Below, one piece after another: positions 26,034-38,716 of a DNA stretch of 64,000 bases. The notes under the pieces are model-generated. The model had not been told where the DNA came from. It saw only the letters and a program-made list of their open reading frames with translations, and searched no databases. A program made the translations under genes and the position numbers. The stretch's first letter is position 1, and each line of letters opens with the position of its first letter. The DNA is from Octopus vulgaris (taxonomy: Eukaryota): NCBI GenBank assembly GCA_951406725.2, contig OX597818.1, forward strand, positions 25,854,001 to 25,918,000, given 5' to 3'.

Positions 26034-27346
26034 TCATTGTAATATTATTATTTATTAGCTTCACCTGGCCAGTAAAAGTAAAATCGGCCCCCTTTGCTTC
26101 GTCAGTCACAGGTGTGTTTGATATTTTGACTCACATATTTATTCAGTTAAAAGTTTAGTGTCTTGGTATTTGTAACTTATTTGATGTTCAATAGAGCTGA
26201 CCCAATTTTGTTGTGAATTATATTGTTTAGTTGATATTTATAGGTTTCAACTGCTTCAAGACCCTAATTTTGGTTTACTTTTTTAAAAGCTGATTCGGGA
26301 TAGGGAAGAGACATTGAAGTGGAATTTGATATTTTTTTATATTATAATTAAAATAAAGCATTCTTGGTCACCATTTGGGGTAATTAGAAAATTTGAATTA
26401 TTCTCATACGTAATCCAGACAAGAACAACTTGCACTAAATTAAGTCAAGTAAAATTAATACATTGTAAATGCCAGGAGTTCTTCGTAAATACAAATATAA
26501 TGATTTTTTAAAATTGAAAATACTAACATGTATTTATATATATATATGATTGTAAAAGTAGCACAACTTCTGGTGACTTTATTTGCCACACGAAATACAA
26601 AATATGTTAAGTAATTCAATTAGTGCATTTTATTTATTAACGGAATTTATATTTATCACTAACCAATATATTTTATAAAAGAAGGTAGATCTATGTTATT
26701 CAACTCGATATAAAATTTGTGTTGGAGCTAAACAACATGAGATATCCCCACCCATCCCCCCAAACCCCTCCAAATTTTAATTGATCGAAGGAAAAGGTAG
26801 TACTTCCAAATGTCTAAACTGTTATATTCTTGAACCAATTTCAGTCCATTTGATAGGGTATTTTCTGTACTAGCTTGAAAAATAAAAGAAAAAAAATTTA
26901 GAAAGAAATATCTTTTGTTATAAATGATTTTAATAGACAATTCATTCTCATGTCAGCTTAGGCATATTAATTAAATGTTGCAAAATATTCTGCTCGTTGC
27001 TTAATACACCCAAATCTTTACTGTATTTAAGTTTGTACTTCCATTAATATATGTTATCTGCTTTATTGGCCTCTAGTCTAGAGATACTTCATAATTTGAC
27101 TTATCTGGTTAAGCCGTGATGATTTCTGTTTCCATTATAAAAGAAATATCCTGAGCAGTTTTATAAGAGACAAGGAAAAGAGTAGCATTTATCCTCGAAC
27201 AAGATAACCTTTATACCAATGGTATTTTGACATGGGACACACCCACTCCCAGAAGAGGTACGAGAACCAATAGTTGGTGAGATGAGGAAACATTACCAAT
27301 TTGTTTCAGTTAACAGTATATACAACTTGTAATAATTAGTACATCC

Positions 27347-27568
27347 TAAGGCAGTGAGCTGGTGGAATCATTAGCGCTGGGCAAAATGTTTAGCGGCATT
27401 TCTTCTGTCTTCACGTTCTGAGTTCAAATTCCACTGAGGTCGATCAACTTTGCTTTTCATCCTTTTGAGATCAATAAAATAAGTACCAATTGAACATTGA
27501 GGTTGATGTAATCAACTTAACCACCCCCACTCCATGAAATTTCTAGCCTTGTACCAAAATCTGAAACC
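27347..27568 (+). mobile_element. SINE family A
   Basis: TSD aataattag(t/c)acatcc at 27331-46 and 27569-84. Confidence 0.85.
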
Positions 27569-27569
27569 A

Positions 27570-28105
27570 ATAATTAGCACATCCAACTTAAATTGGACGT
27601 ACTGTCTAGATTGCCTTTAAACTCCTATTAACGTACAGTGATACTATTTCATGTTGACGACATGTGCTCATTAAGCATCGCCTATATAGGCTGACGAAAT
27701 GATCTGCACCAGTGGATGGCACTACTGTATCATGTAATTTCACAGTCCCTGCGGAGCATCAGCCACAGCCCAGCCACGCGCTGAATGCCAGAATGAAAAT
27801 CACTCAAATCGATATGGTATAATAATAGCCAAACAGCCAGTGCTGTTCCAAAGAGCTGTTTGGTCATTATCATACTATATCAATTCGAATGATTTTCGTT
27901 TTTGACTGCCGCTGATGATCCACAGGAACGGTGAAATCACGTGATACGGTAGTGTCGTCTACCAGTGCAGACAATCATTTCATTAGCCGATACAGTCAAT
28001 GCTTAACAAACGTGTGTTGGCGACATCAGATGGTATCTCTGGATGTTAACAGTAGTTTAAAAGCAATCTTGACAATACATCAAATTTAAGTTGGATGTGT
28101 TAAAT
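27570..28105. repeat. Old imperfect palindrome (MITE-like), ~260-bp arms
   Basis: cacatccaacttaaatt...ccaaacagc versus gctgtttgg...aatttaagttggatgtg. The arms are colinear but diverged. Confidence 0.8.
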
Positions 28106-28997
28106 ATTACTCGTTACAAATACTGCTGCTGTCACTGATAGCCAATTTATATACAACTTTTGTTCTTTCAAAATCGTCTGGATAATCAAACATGACATCT
28201 TTAACATTATCAGAACAAAATGACAGACATCTCAAATTTAACTGAGCAAAAGCAACAACTGTCAGTGTAGTAAATGGTTTTGTTAGTAATTTCGATTTTT
28301 TTTAGCCTCCTGCTCAAGGGTGCGAGATTGATTTTCAAATGTCGAAGGAATACGAACTTTGGAAAACGCTAAGAACTGCTGTTCTACATGGTCATGCGAC
28401 CCACTAGAAATATCAGTCAAATCTCCTTCAGAATTGCACCTACCCTCTTAGTAAAAGAATGAGATACATTGAATAATACAGTCTTAGCTTCCTAGATATG
28501 CTATGTCTTACAAAAAGAAGGAATAGTTGTGGCTTGACTGTCTTTACTGAGAGCTAACCAAGGGAAGTTAATAAGTGAACTATACATCAGAAAAAGTCCT
28601 TTTGCGGTGAGCAACGCAAAAATTTGTTAACTTTGTTTATCTGTGCATCATGTATAAATATGTGTGTGTGGGTGTGGGTGACACAAGTTATCAGTGAAAT
28701 AGTAAAATATAGAATATTAAGCATGGAATCACAACAGAAAAGAGCAAAACAATTGTGAGATAGATTACTTATTTTTTTGTATTTAATCAGTTTTTGTTCC
28801 ATACTCATATTTTACACTTAGAATGACATCTAATAGCTACAAGATATTGTAAAAACCTTTTGAAGATATCATAACAATAAAATCCATGATGTAATAATTG
28901 ACAATATCAAATGTATTGGATACATAATATTAGATCATCCCATGAATAATGCGGTTTTTTAATACTTCATTTATTTTTCAAAATTAAGATAAACAAA

Positions 28998-29403
28998 TAA
29001 TGTTCATAGCCACTTCAACTTGGCTGTCCATTCGAACGGACTTTACTGCGATTTTTTAACCCCGAGGGGACATCTCCTCTAGCTGTGCAGCTGCATCCGA
29101 GATACTGCGAGCAGGGAAGCGAACCCCTACCACCTTCTAGCGACGGGACTAGCAGACTACTGGTTTTGGGATATTTTTGCCTCTTCAGTACTGGACACCT
29201 TGTCTACTAGAGATGTATTACTGCTATCTATAGCAGACGAGGTGTCCAGTACAGAAAAGAGGCAGAAATAGTCCGAAACCTAGCTGGTCTGCTGGCTCCA
29301 TCGCTCCCCTGCTCGCAATATCTCAGATGTAGCTGTGCATCTTAAAAATTCGCAGTAAAGTCCGTTTGAACGGACAGCTATGTTGAAGTGGCTACGAACA
29401 TTA
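28998..29403. mobile_element. Palindromic TA-flanked MITE inside the mariner 3' region
   Basis: taatgttcatagccacttcaac / gttgaagtggctacgaacatta termini with ~200-bp inverted arms. The right arm and its flank are duplicated at 29521-29801. Confidence 0.8.
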
Positions 29404-30880
29404 CTTGTTAGTAAAACTACTGCATTCATCTCTTAGAGAGATTTTAGAACTAGCATTTTTGCTTGTTGCTAAATCAGCGACTGTATGTCGCTTGAAATTA
29501 TATATATAGCGAGCTGCTGCCATCTCTAGCAGACGTGGTATTCAGTACTGAAGAGAGGCAGGAATAGCACGAAACCAGGCTAGTCTGCTGGTCCCCACGC
29601 TAGAACGTGGTAGGGGTTCGCTCCCACGCTCGCAGTATCTCGGATGCAGCTGTGCATCATTAACCAGTTAGCGGAGATGTCCTCTTGGGGTTAAAAAAAT
29701 TACAGTAAAGTCTGTTCGAACTGACAACCATGTTGAAGTGGCTACGATCATTACTTGTTAGTAAACTACTGCGTTGGTCTCTTAGAGAGATTTTAGAACT
29801 AAAATAAACAAAACTCTTTTCTAATATTACTCTCCATCATTTTCTACGATGCTCTTCCATCTATCCAATAGATTTGCAAGTCCCCTCTGCCAAAATTCAC
29901 TTGTCTGTAACGAAAAATACTCCTCCAGTACTGTTCTGACCTCGTCTACAGAATTCATATTTTTTCCGTCCAAATGATTTTGAAGACTGGAATAAATAAT
30001 AATCAGGTGGGGCAATGTCCGGCGAATATGGTGGGTGGGGCATCGTTTCCCATTCAAACTGCTCCAGCTTTTGGAATGTCATCCTCGCTGTATGTGGCCG
30101 AGCATCAGCCTGATGGAAGAACACCTTTCGTCTTGAAACCAAAGATAGTGGCTTTTTCTTCTAGCGCTCACATAAGCCGCTCAAGCTGCTGGCAGTAGAT
30201 CTCTTTTGATATCATTTGAGTTGTGTTTAAATGTTCAAAAGGGACTAAACCTTTCATATCCCACCAAACAGATAACAACACTTTACGTGGATGGCGACCT
30301 TCTTTAGCCTGTTTCTCCTTTCCCTATCCACTGTCTTCAGCGCTTGACATTTTTATAGAGAACTCATTTTTCGATAAAAAAAAAAAATTCATTCATGAGA
30401 CGTGACAGCTAACAAGAGCACACATTCTCTCTCAGCGCACGATTAGATTAGGAAAGTTTGCAAGGAAGCCATTGACTCATTTTTCTGACTTTTCCGATGG
30501 CACGCAAGTGTCGATGAATGGTTGAATGTCCAAATCCAAGCTTCTCTGCTAGTTCCTCAACAGCTATGATGAGATTTTGTTCCACCAGGGTTTGCAGGAC
30601 ATCCTTGTCGAGCTTTACAGATCTTCGAGGACGAAGCTTGTATTCTATGCTGTAGTTTCCGGCTCGGAATTTCTGGAACCACCGTTGACACTGGTTTACA
30701 CTTATTGTACAATACGCATATACTGCATTAATATTCCTCGCACTTTCCGTTGCGTTGTTGCCTTTATTGAACTCATAAAGCAAAATATGCCCCTTTGTCA
30801 CTTCCATCATAGCTTTAAAAAAAGATGAAATAACTGTTAAAAGCGAACTGCACTCTTCAAAAATTGCACTAAGAATATGT

Positions 30881-32773
30881 TGATTTTTTTAATTTCCCAC
30901 AAAGGGACAACACAATCTGATTTGGGGTCAGATGAACCAATGGTTATTACGTTAATATGAGGGGGAAAAATTCACAAAATATGAAAATATAAGGAAATCG
31001 AATGATAGGACAATCTGCAAGACATTACAGATGGAGTGGGAGCGGGTTTAAGTCGGACGCCACGAGCTCCGTCTTGCCACTGATTCCTGGGATACGTCCT
31101 GTGTCGCATTCATGAGGTTACATTCACATGCAACATCTGTGCTACATTCTTCCATCGATTTTCGAACATTTTCACAGTCAGGCATTTTCTCTCTAGCCCT
31201 ATTTTCCTTTTAAGGTGAAAGGTGAAGTAATTCACCAATTCAGGGCCAGAGATGAAGGTGCCTTACTTATACCCTTTCAGTCTCGTCTTCCAAATCACCT
31301 CTCTCGCAATTGCTACTACATTGAGAAAACAATTCTTACCTTCTTTCGAAAGGAAACCAGGCGGGTCAATTTTAATATAAGAGTATAGCTATAATCTTCC
31401 TGCACTTGACAACAGTTGTTCAGCATAAACCCACACGTTGGGACCACCACTGCAGGCATTACCTGAGCGACGGAATAGCAGGAGTGCCTTGCAACACTCC
31501 GTGAACCATGTACCCAAGTTCAATCTTCGATAGAATCAAGTTTCCCATCCACCGAAACTAGTGAACTTGGGAAATATCTGTTTCACTAGCGGAGACCACA
31601 CCCGTTCACCATTCAGGTAGAGCCACAGATACCTCAATCTTAGCGCATCAACAGCCAAGGCATCCCTAGCCCACCTATTAACGGTTGTTGTCAGCAAATA
31701 GAGCGTCTCACAAGCGGTTTCGAACCTTTCCACAAGAAGTGGAAGAACTGTCCTTCCAGCATGATCAATCACGAATCAGGGCAAGGAACGATGGTTAGAC
31801 GGTAGATGATGACCGGTGCAATGAAAAAATTGACTACCTCTGCCCTCCCTTTCAGGGATTGCCACCTCCAAGACCAGGTCTTGACTATGTGGGTCACCCT
31901 GCTCACATCTCAGCCTAGTTCTCTATTATGAGGTCCTGTCCAAACCTAATCCTAGCAACTTAGTCGGACCCTCCATCCAACGTCCTACGACGCTGTCAGA
32001 AGGCATCGACTTGCCTCTCCAGGTGCCGAGTTGCAAGCCGACTGACTTCACGATTAATCTTTGCTCCTGTTACCATCTCATAAACCTCAATGGCTTTGCC
32101 TACCCTCTGTAGGTGATCCATTTCGGTTACGATGATGGTGATGTCATCTGCATAAGCTGAAACCGACTTTCCACCTCCTGGCTGTCTCGGGATGCCGCTC
32201 AATTTTCTCAGTAATGGCGGCTCAAGAGCCATTACGTACAAAAGCGGAGAGCAGACACCCTTGACGAACCGAGCGTTTGATGTTGAATGGCTTCATTTAA
32301 AAGCCGTTCACCCGAACTACCGAGTCGATGTTGTCATAAATCTGAATGGCCCACCTGAGGAAGCCAAGACCCAGGCCGAACTGCACCAGAACGGACACCA
32401 GGTAGCGATAGTCGACCCTATCAAAAGCCTTAGATTGGTCTAAATGGACCATTGCCCCACCCTTGCAGAATCACTATTAAACCCTTCTAAAGTGTACTGT
32501 ATAAGATGGAGGTTATCCTGGATGGTTCTGCCGGGAATGGCACATGTCTGTGCCTCCTCGATCAGACTATCTGCGACACGCGCCAATCTTTTCGATAACA
32601 CTTTGGCAAAAATCTTCAACTCTGTGTTTATCAACGGAATCCCCCTTGTCCGGGTCCTTTCTGACAAGCGCCACCACTTCCCCGGCGCACAGATCTGGGA
32701 ATAAGCCCATTCTGCTGCCAGTTCGCGTAGACATTCGCCAGCAGGTGCCCGAACAAGTCTGGCATACTCTTAC
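30881..32773 (-). mobile_element. L1/Tx1-clade LINE fragment (RT to 3' end) inserted in the mariner
   Basis: LINTELKIFAKVL.KRL, QTCAIPGRTIQDNL, AYADDITI. TSD ttgc(a/g)ctaagaatatgt at 30864-80 and 32774-90. Confidence 0.85.
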
Positions 32774-35700
32774 TTGCGCTAAGAATATGTACAAAGTAAA
32801 ATTGCTACCTGCTTTTATAGCTAGTTGATGCAGGCAGTTTATCCCGTTCCCCACCCGACTTTTAGTTCATGCAATTGAAAATAACCGCATTATTTATGGG
32901 ATGACCCTGACAAAGTGGTAAAGGATTTAGGATGGTTAAAGATTAAAGGTTGAAGATCGGTTTTTGATGAGAGACAAGAAAATTTTTCGAATGATGACAG
33001 AGTATTAAACTGTTCTAAGCTTGAGTGCCTAGTCATCACATGAACACATGTGCCAGACAACATATTCTACATGACAGAAGAAAGAAAGAACAAAATAATA
33101 AATCTTCCAACAATTTAATTCTATGAATTAGAACAATGAACTTGACTAAGTTCATTCAAACTTAGGTCCGATGAGAGAAGAATGTTGAGTTACCATGAAG
33201 TTTACCGTCATAAATATTCAATATAATGCAAGAAGTGGAAATCGTATTCCGCGTTGGAAAGTTCAATCAACAGTTCCTTCTCTGTGTATCTTTTATGGTA
33301 AGAATGAATCTTATGTTATTGCAATACCATGAGAAGTTATTTACACCAAAAAGAATTATGATGCATCAAGTGTAATTAAAACAAGTTTCTGAATTTACTC
33401 TAATGCAAGTTGCAAATGATAGGTTTTAACCAGAAGGATATTTTGGCACGAAGCCTAACTCATTCAACAAAGAAAAGATTTCGATAACCTGATAGCAACT
33501 GATTCATTTAAAAGGGGAAAGCACTTATTCGTCAGTTCATTCTCAGTGCTTTCTGCTACGTCCGTCGTTTACCAAATAATATACTAATTACGAAGCAAAC
33601 AACATGTGATCTCCGCATCGGTCGGCTACACCTCCGTCGATGATGTAACGGAGTATTTACAGAAAAGATGTTTGTATATTTTAGTAGAAGCGAAAGTTAT
33701 TAATAACTAGTCAATAATATTATATCACTAGATTTACGAAAGGAAACAGTAAGAAAATAGAAAAAGACAAGAGAATAAACAGAAAAGGAAATCAGCAAAT
33801 AATCAAAAATAGAAGCATGCATATTCTATTCACTTATACTTCACATCAGGGGAAACTGGTGTTCCTATTTAAATTATTTTTTTTTATAAATTTTGATTTT
33901 ATAATGATCTGTAGCGAATTTGGTATTATGTCTCGCGGCATTTAACGCATTCTGTCTTATGTTCAGTTGTCTATTAACAGTCAAAGAGAAGGAAGTGATT
34001 TTGTGAATGGTACTAATACAATGTATGCTTACAGACATGATTTTGAATTCTCAATCTGGAAATATATTATATATTGGCAGTGACTTTTTATTTTATTTAT
34101 TTACTTTTCTATTTCGTCTACATCAGTCTTTCCGTGAATAATTTCTGTGATTCCATTTGCCACTGGCAATACAAGTTCTTCCCCTATTGTGTAAGCTTAT
34201 TTAGTTACAGTAATTGAATGTAATGCTTCGTATGATACTCTTAAGTATTTTTCTTGAACTCCGTATGTTTTTCAAAAAAAGTTACTTTTGTCCTTTCGAA
34301 GATTTTAGTATCATTAAAAAAACAAAAGAACAAAAAATACCTGCATAGAAAGTGTGTATGGTAGGAAGGTGTATTTCAGTTTAGCAGATTTTATACTTTC
34401 ATATACCAAACAATATAAATTAAGCATATTGGAATGGTATTTGTTATACCTAAAGGATAAAATACATCCATATAAGAGTTAAAAATTAGTTGTATTTCCT
34501 CTTTTTTTTATGTGGGACTGTTCGCTTTCTTGTAGTTTCACTTGCAATAACTACATCATGCTTATCGCTATAATCACTTGTGATGTGACACACATACTTC
34601 CATATTTAAATGTTTTCACTCTCTCAACATAATTTGCAGTTCAAATTAATAAAAAGTCCTTTTACTCATGTGACCTTATCTAAGGGCACCATTACATCAT
34701 ACAACTAAAAGACATTTAAGCGCGTTTTATTTTTTTAATTAACAAGTATCTTTCAGTTTCTCTCATCTTTGAATGAGTGCTGGTGCCAACCAGTAGCGTC
34801 TCGTGTATAGGCACTGCAGAAATGCAGCACCCCCTATTTCCACTCGATATTCTCAATAACATTCAATATAATTAGTCCTTTTTTCTTTAATTCTTTCTTT
34901 CTAATTGTACATTATATAATCCTTAAGCTTAATGTCAGTAGCCATCCCCTAGTTTATTAAAAAAAATACAAAAATCCTTGTATAGAATAGTTCCAGCGAT
35001 GCGATGTTTGGCTGTTGTGCGAGATAGGAAGCTGCCCGCTAGGGAGAGAGAGCACTGTGCTTCACGCAGTGCCGACCCTGTTGTGCTGGTGAAAGGTAAT
35101 GTTTCTTTTTGATTCCATGTGTGTTGCGCTTAAAAACGTGTTTATATTCTTGAATGTGCTAAAGTGTAGAATTAGATTATTATCCTGCTTCTAGCTACAG
35201 TGTTGCTGCCAGGATTTGAAAAATAAGGGAGATTACCCCACCTTTATTTTGTGATTTAGCGGGTATTTTTGAAAAGCAAAGTGGGGAATTCGCGGCGGTG
35301 TTCAGTGAACAAATTAAACACACTAGCCGGCAGTGGCTAAAACGCGAACCGATCAAGTTTATGTATAAATTTTCTTTTTATATGTTTGTTTCCTTTTATA
35401 CAATATTAAAACAACGGCTAAAAATTTTATGAAGCAACATCCCCACTAATTTTATCTACGAACGTGAAGTGCTACATCGAATGATGTCATTCCGTTCATA
35501 CAAGAATGAAAAAAAAACTTTTGTACGCTACCATATTTTTTCTTCTACATAAGAACTTTTGAGCTTTATTGTCACATACACCTGCAACTCAAGAAATATG
35601 ATTGCGACCACTGGATTTTATTGCACACAACAGAGTAGCAACTCACCAAAATATAATTGCAAAATTTCCACTGTATTGTCTTATACACCTGCAAAGTTTT

Positions 35701-35976
35701 TACTGTATTGTCTTATACACCAAATGCATCGTTTTAACATGCTTTTCTCCCACAGAACACCGTAGAACTAGTATTGTTTAGTTCGTTAAGTTATGCTCAA
35801 ACTTTTTTGCGGTAAAATGTGTCCGTTGAATTATTTCAACATTCGGGCTAAGTTTGTATAAACTTAGTCCTTCGCAACTATTTAATTGAATGAAATTGTT
35901 TTATTGGAAAAATTCGACTTTAGTCATTTCATTTATTTTATCTTAGGCTATTTATACAGGTCGTGATATGACAAGC

Positions 35977-36317
35977 GTGAAGGCGCATGGCTCAGTGGTT
36001 AGAGCGTCAAGCTTACGATCGTGAGGTTGTGAGCTCGAATCCCGGACCGGGCTGCGTGTTGTGTTCTTGAGCAAGGCACTTTATTTCACGTTGCTCCAGT
36101 TCACTCAGCTGTAGAAATGAGTCGCGACGTCACTGGTGCCAAGCTGTATCGACCTTTGTCTTTCCCTTGGATAACACTGGTGGCGTGGAGAGGGGAGGCT
36201 GGTATGCATGGGCGACTGCTGGTCTTCCATAAACAACCTTGCCCGGACTTGTGTCTAGGAGGGCAACTTTCTAGGTGCAATCCCATGGTCATTCATGACC
36301 GAAGGGGGTCTTTACCC
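35977..36317 (+). mobile_element. CORE-like tRNA-SINE family C, full length
   Basis: A box tggctcagtgg, B box gagctcgaatccc, core tgttcttgagcaaggcacttt. TSD tgatatgacaa at 35964-74 and 36318-28. Confidence 0.9.
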
Positions 36318-36825
36318 TGATATGACAAACTTATCGAGTCGGCTTCGTATTTAATAGTCGTCATTTAATTTTGACCTCGAATTTCAACAAAAAGTTCCTC
36401 TTTATCATCAGCTACGGGTTGGCGAGCTTCTCCAACAATGTTTCACACTCACTTTCAAATCTGCTTCACTGTATTTAGGTTCTGCAAGAATTACTACTTC
36501 GTTTACTGCTGCATTCTTCTTTGATGGATTTAACCATTGATCGATAGGAGGGCATTTTAAATTCAAGGTATATTTTATTACATAGAATTAACAAATATTT
36601 TGAAAATTAAACTTAAAACAATAGCTGATATAATTATATTTATGGGTGTATAAATTGTATCATGAATTCAAAATTAAAACATTTGGAAACCTCTTTTTGT
36701 ATTTATTGAATTGCTTTTACTCCGAAAATGGAAAAATAGTGTCATTGTTTATTGATTTTACGAGTGAATTACACACGTCACGAATTATCTCAAGTGCTTA
36801 TTACTGCATTACAGCTCACTGCCTC

Positions 36826-36857
<32 letters not shown>

Positions 36858-37148
36858 AAACACACAGTATTCACAAAACGCTTGTTTCTTTGAAATTGTT
36901 AACACAGAATTGAATGTAAAAACACAGTATGCTAAGTTTTGTGAGATGCAATACTAAATATGGTACAAAACATGAACTCAAAAGTTCATTATACTAAAAT
37001 TAATAACAAAATATAGAAACGCAGTGGGATCTCTATATACCAACGTAGTCCATTCCAGAACCCTGTTCGTTAACCAAATTGTTTGTTATAAGAGTTTGTG
37101 GACTTGGTTAGCTGGGAAGTGTATTATTTGGCCAGGCTGTGTCCTGAT

Positions 37149-38716
37149 CAGGGGTTGTAGATAATTGACTGGAACCTTTCCAATGAATTATTTTCCTAGC
37201 AATCAATTAATTTTAATTGGAATACAGGGCAATCAATTATTGCAATTAATTGTCGATTATTTTGTTAAAATACCATATATAACGTTAAAATACCATATAT
37301 TTTGGAGTGTTAACTTCGATTTAGATAAGAGCCAAAATGCTAGATAGGAAAATAAAAGGCACGTCTTAGAGTTTCAAAAAACTTTATTATCAGAAAACGT
37401 TCTAAGTTCAATTTTGATAATTTTTTAGAATAGGAAACAAACTACATTGTACATAGTTGAAAAAGAAATAAATTGAAGGTCTTTAATTGAAAGAGCTCAA
37501 ACGAGTGGCACAATTAAAATGTTCTAATATAGCAAAAGGTCATGAACGATTGCAGATTTCTGAAACTAGTTCTTTATCCCAGAAAACGCGATTGACTTTT
37601 AGAAATAATTGCATTTCTAAATTCATTGGTGTTAAGTATTTCCGAAAATCATTAAAAGCGTAACCTACTGAACTGAAGAAACGGTCCAAGATGGTGGACG
37701 TTGGTAACAAAAATCTACAGTTCAGACACTGCTGAGATGAAATTTTATCCTTTTTTTTTGTGTTTTTTCAAACAAATTGAAGCAAAACTATCATCTTCTA
37801 CAGGTAAATCAGACTGTTGTGACGTGTCTGTCACCACTTTAGCTGATTTAGAGCAGCCACTTTATCTGCAGTTAGCTCTGCATGTTGTAAAATTTTCACA
37901 ACTCCACTTTCAAAATTTGGGCTGTGCACAATGGCTGCCGATGGAAGCAAATATTTAAAAAATTCCTCATAAGGATACAATGCGAGAATTTTGTCAAAAA
38001 GAATTCAAGCATCTCCCAAATCTATTTCTGTTCTTTGCAAGGCGACTGTTACTGAGCATAACTTTCCTAAATTGACTTTTAGAGTCTGCAGATCATTATG
38101 ATCGCTGGGAGTCAAAAGATAATCAACCAGCTTTGGATCGCCTTGAAAAGAGTCTAAAAACGGATTGAGTTGGATGTACCTCTCAATCATGTCATAATTA
38201 CTGGATCAACGGGTTTTATTTCTTTGTATAGGTTGCAAAGGCGTCTTTTACCGAAGTTTACCCGCAAGTTTTAATAATTTTAGCTTGCCCATCAGCATAT
38301 TAATTTTATCAAGTAGAACTTCCTGCTTGTTATATACATTTAACACATACTCGATAAATTCGATATCATCAGAAGCAGTGAATGATGTTTCACCTACCAT
38401 TGGCGAAAGTGCCAGCAAAACAGTACACAAGCATCAACACTTGACAACATACACAATAGTCAATTCCTAAGCACGACAGAATGTGTGAATCATTCCCAGC
38501 AGTCGTGAACACAGTACCTCAAATAATAATAGAACGCTGTATTGGCCAATTGAACGTCAAATGAAGTATGAGCCATTTGAAAAACTTTCGCTGACAGTGT
38601 TGCAATTAATTGATATGATAGCAATCAATTATTTAATTCGCAGTATGATTCCAATAAATTAATTGGACCAATATATTGCAGTTAATTTTTCATCAATTAA
38701 TCTTTTACAACTGCTG
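37149..38716 (-). mobile_element. hAT-superfamily transposon relic
   Basis: TR*SS.YDMIERY...LQR and the C-terminal RFFSS...TPMNLEMQLFLKVNRVFW. Imperfect TIR cag..gttgta and repeated caattaatt subterminal motifs. Confidence 0.7.

Larger units (their letters stand above)
28930..32910 (-). mobile_element. Mariner (Tc1/mariner) element, decayed, carrying nested insertions
   Basis: TIRs tcatcccatgaataatgcggtt / aaccgcattatttatgggatga. Transposase pieces HILLYEF.KG..A, RWFQKFR.G, HRHL..IGK, H..ARPH, HPPYSPDIAP.DY at 29827-30810. Confidence 0.9.

Noticed and set aside
26740-26900. Minus-strand exon after a polypyrimidine tract (ASTENTLSNGLKLVQEY...)
   Set aside because: Weak acceptor (AAG), no good donor and no recognisable protein.
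35977-36050. tRNA gene (also at 54830-54895 and 63886-63960)
   Set aside because: The A/B boxes continue into a SINE body (with a TSD at the 35977 copy), and no complete cloverleaf acceptor stem is evident.
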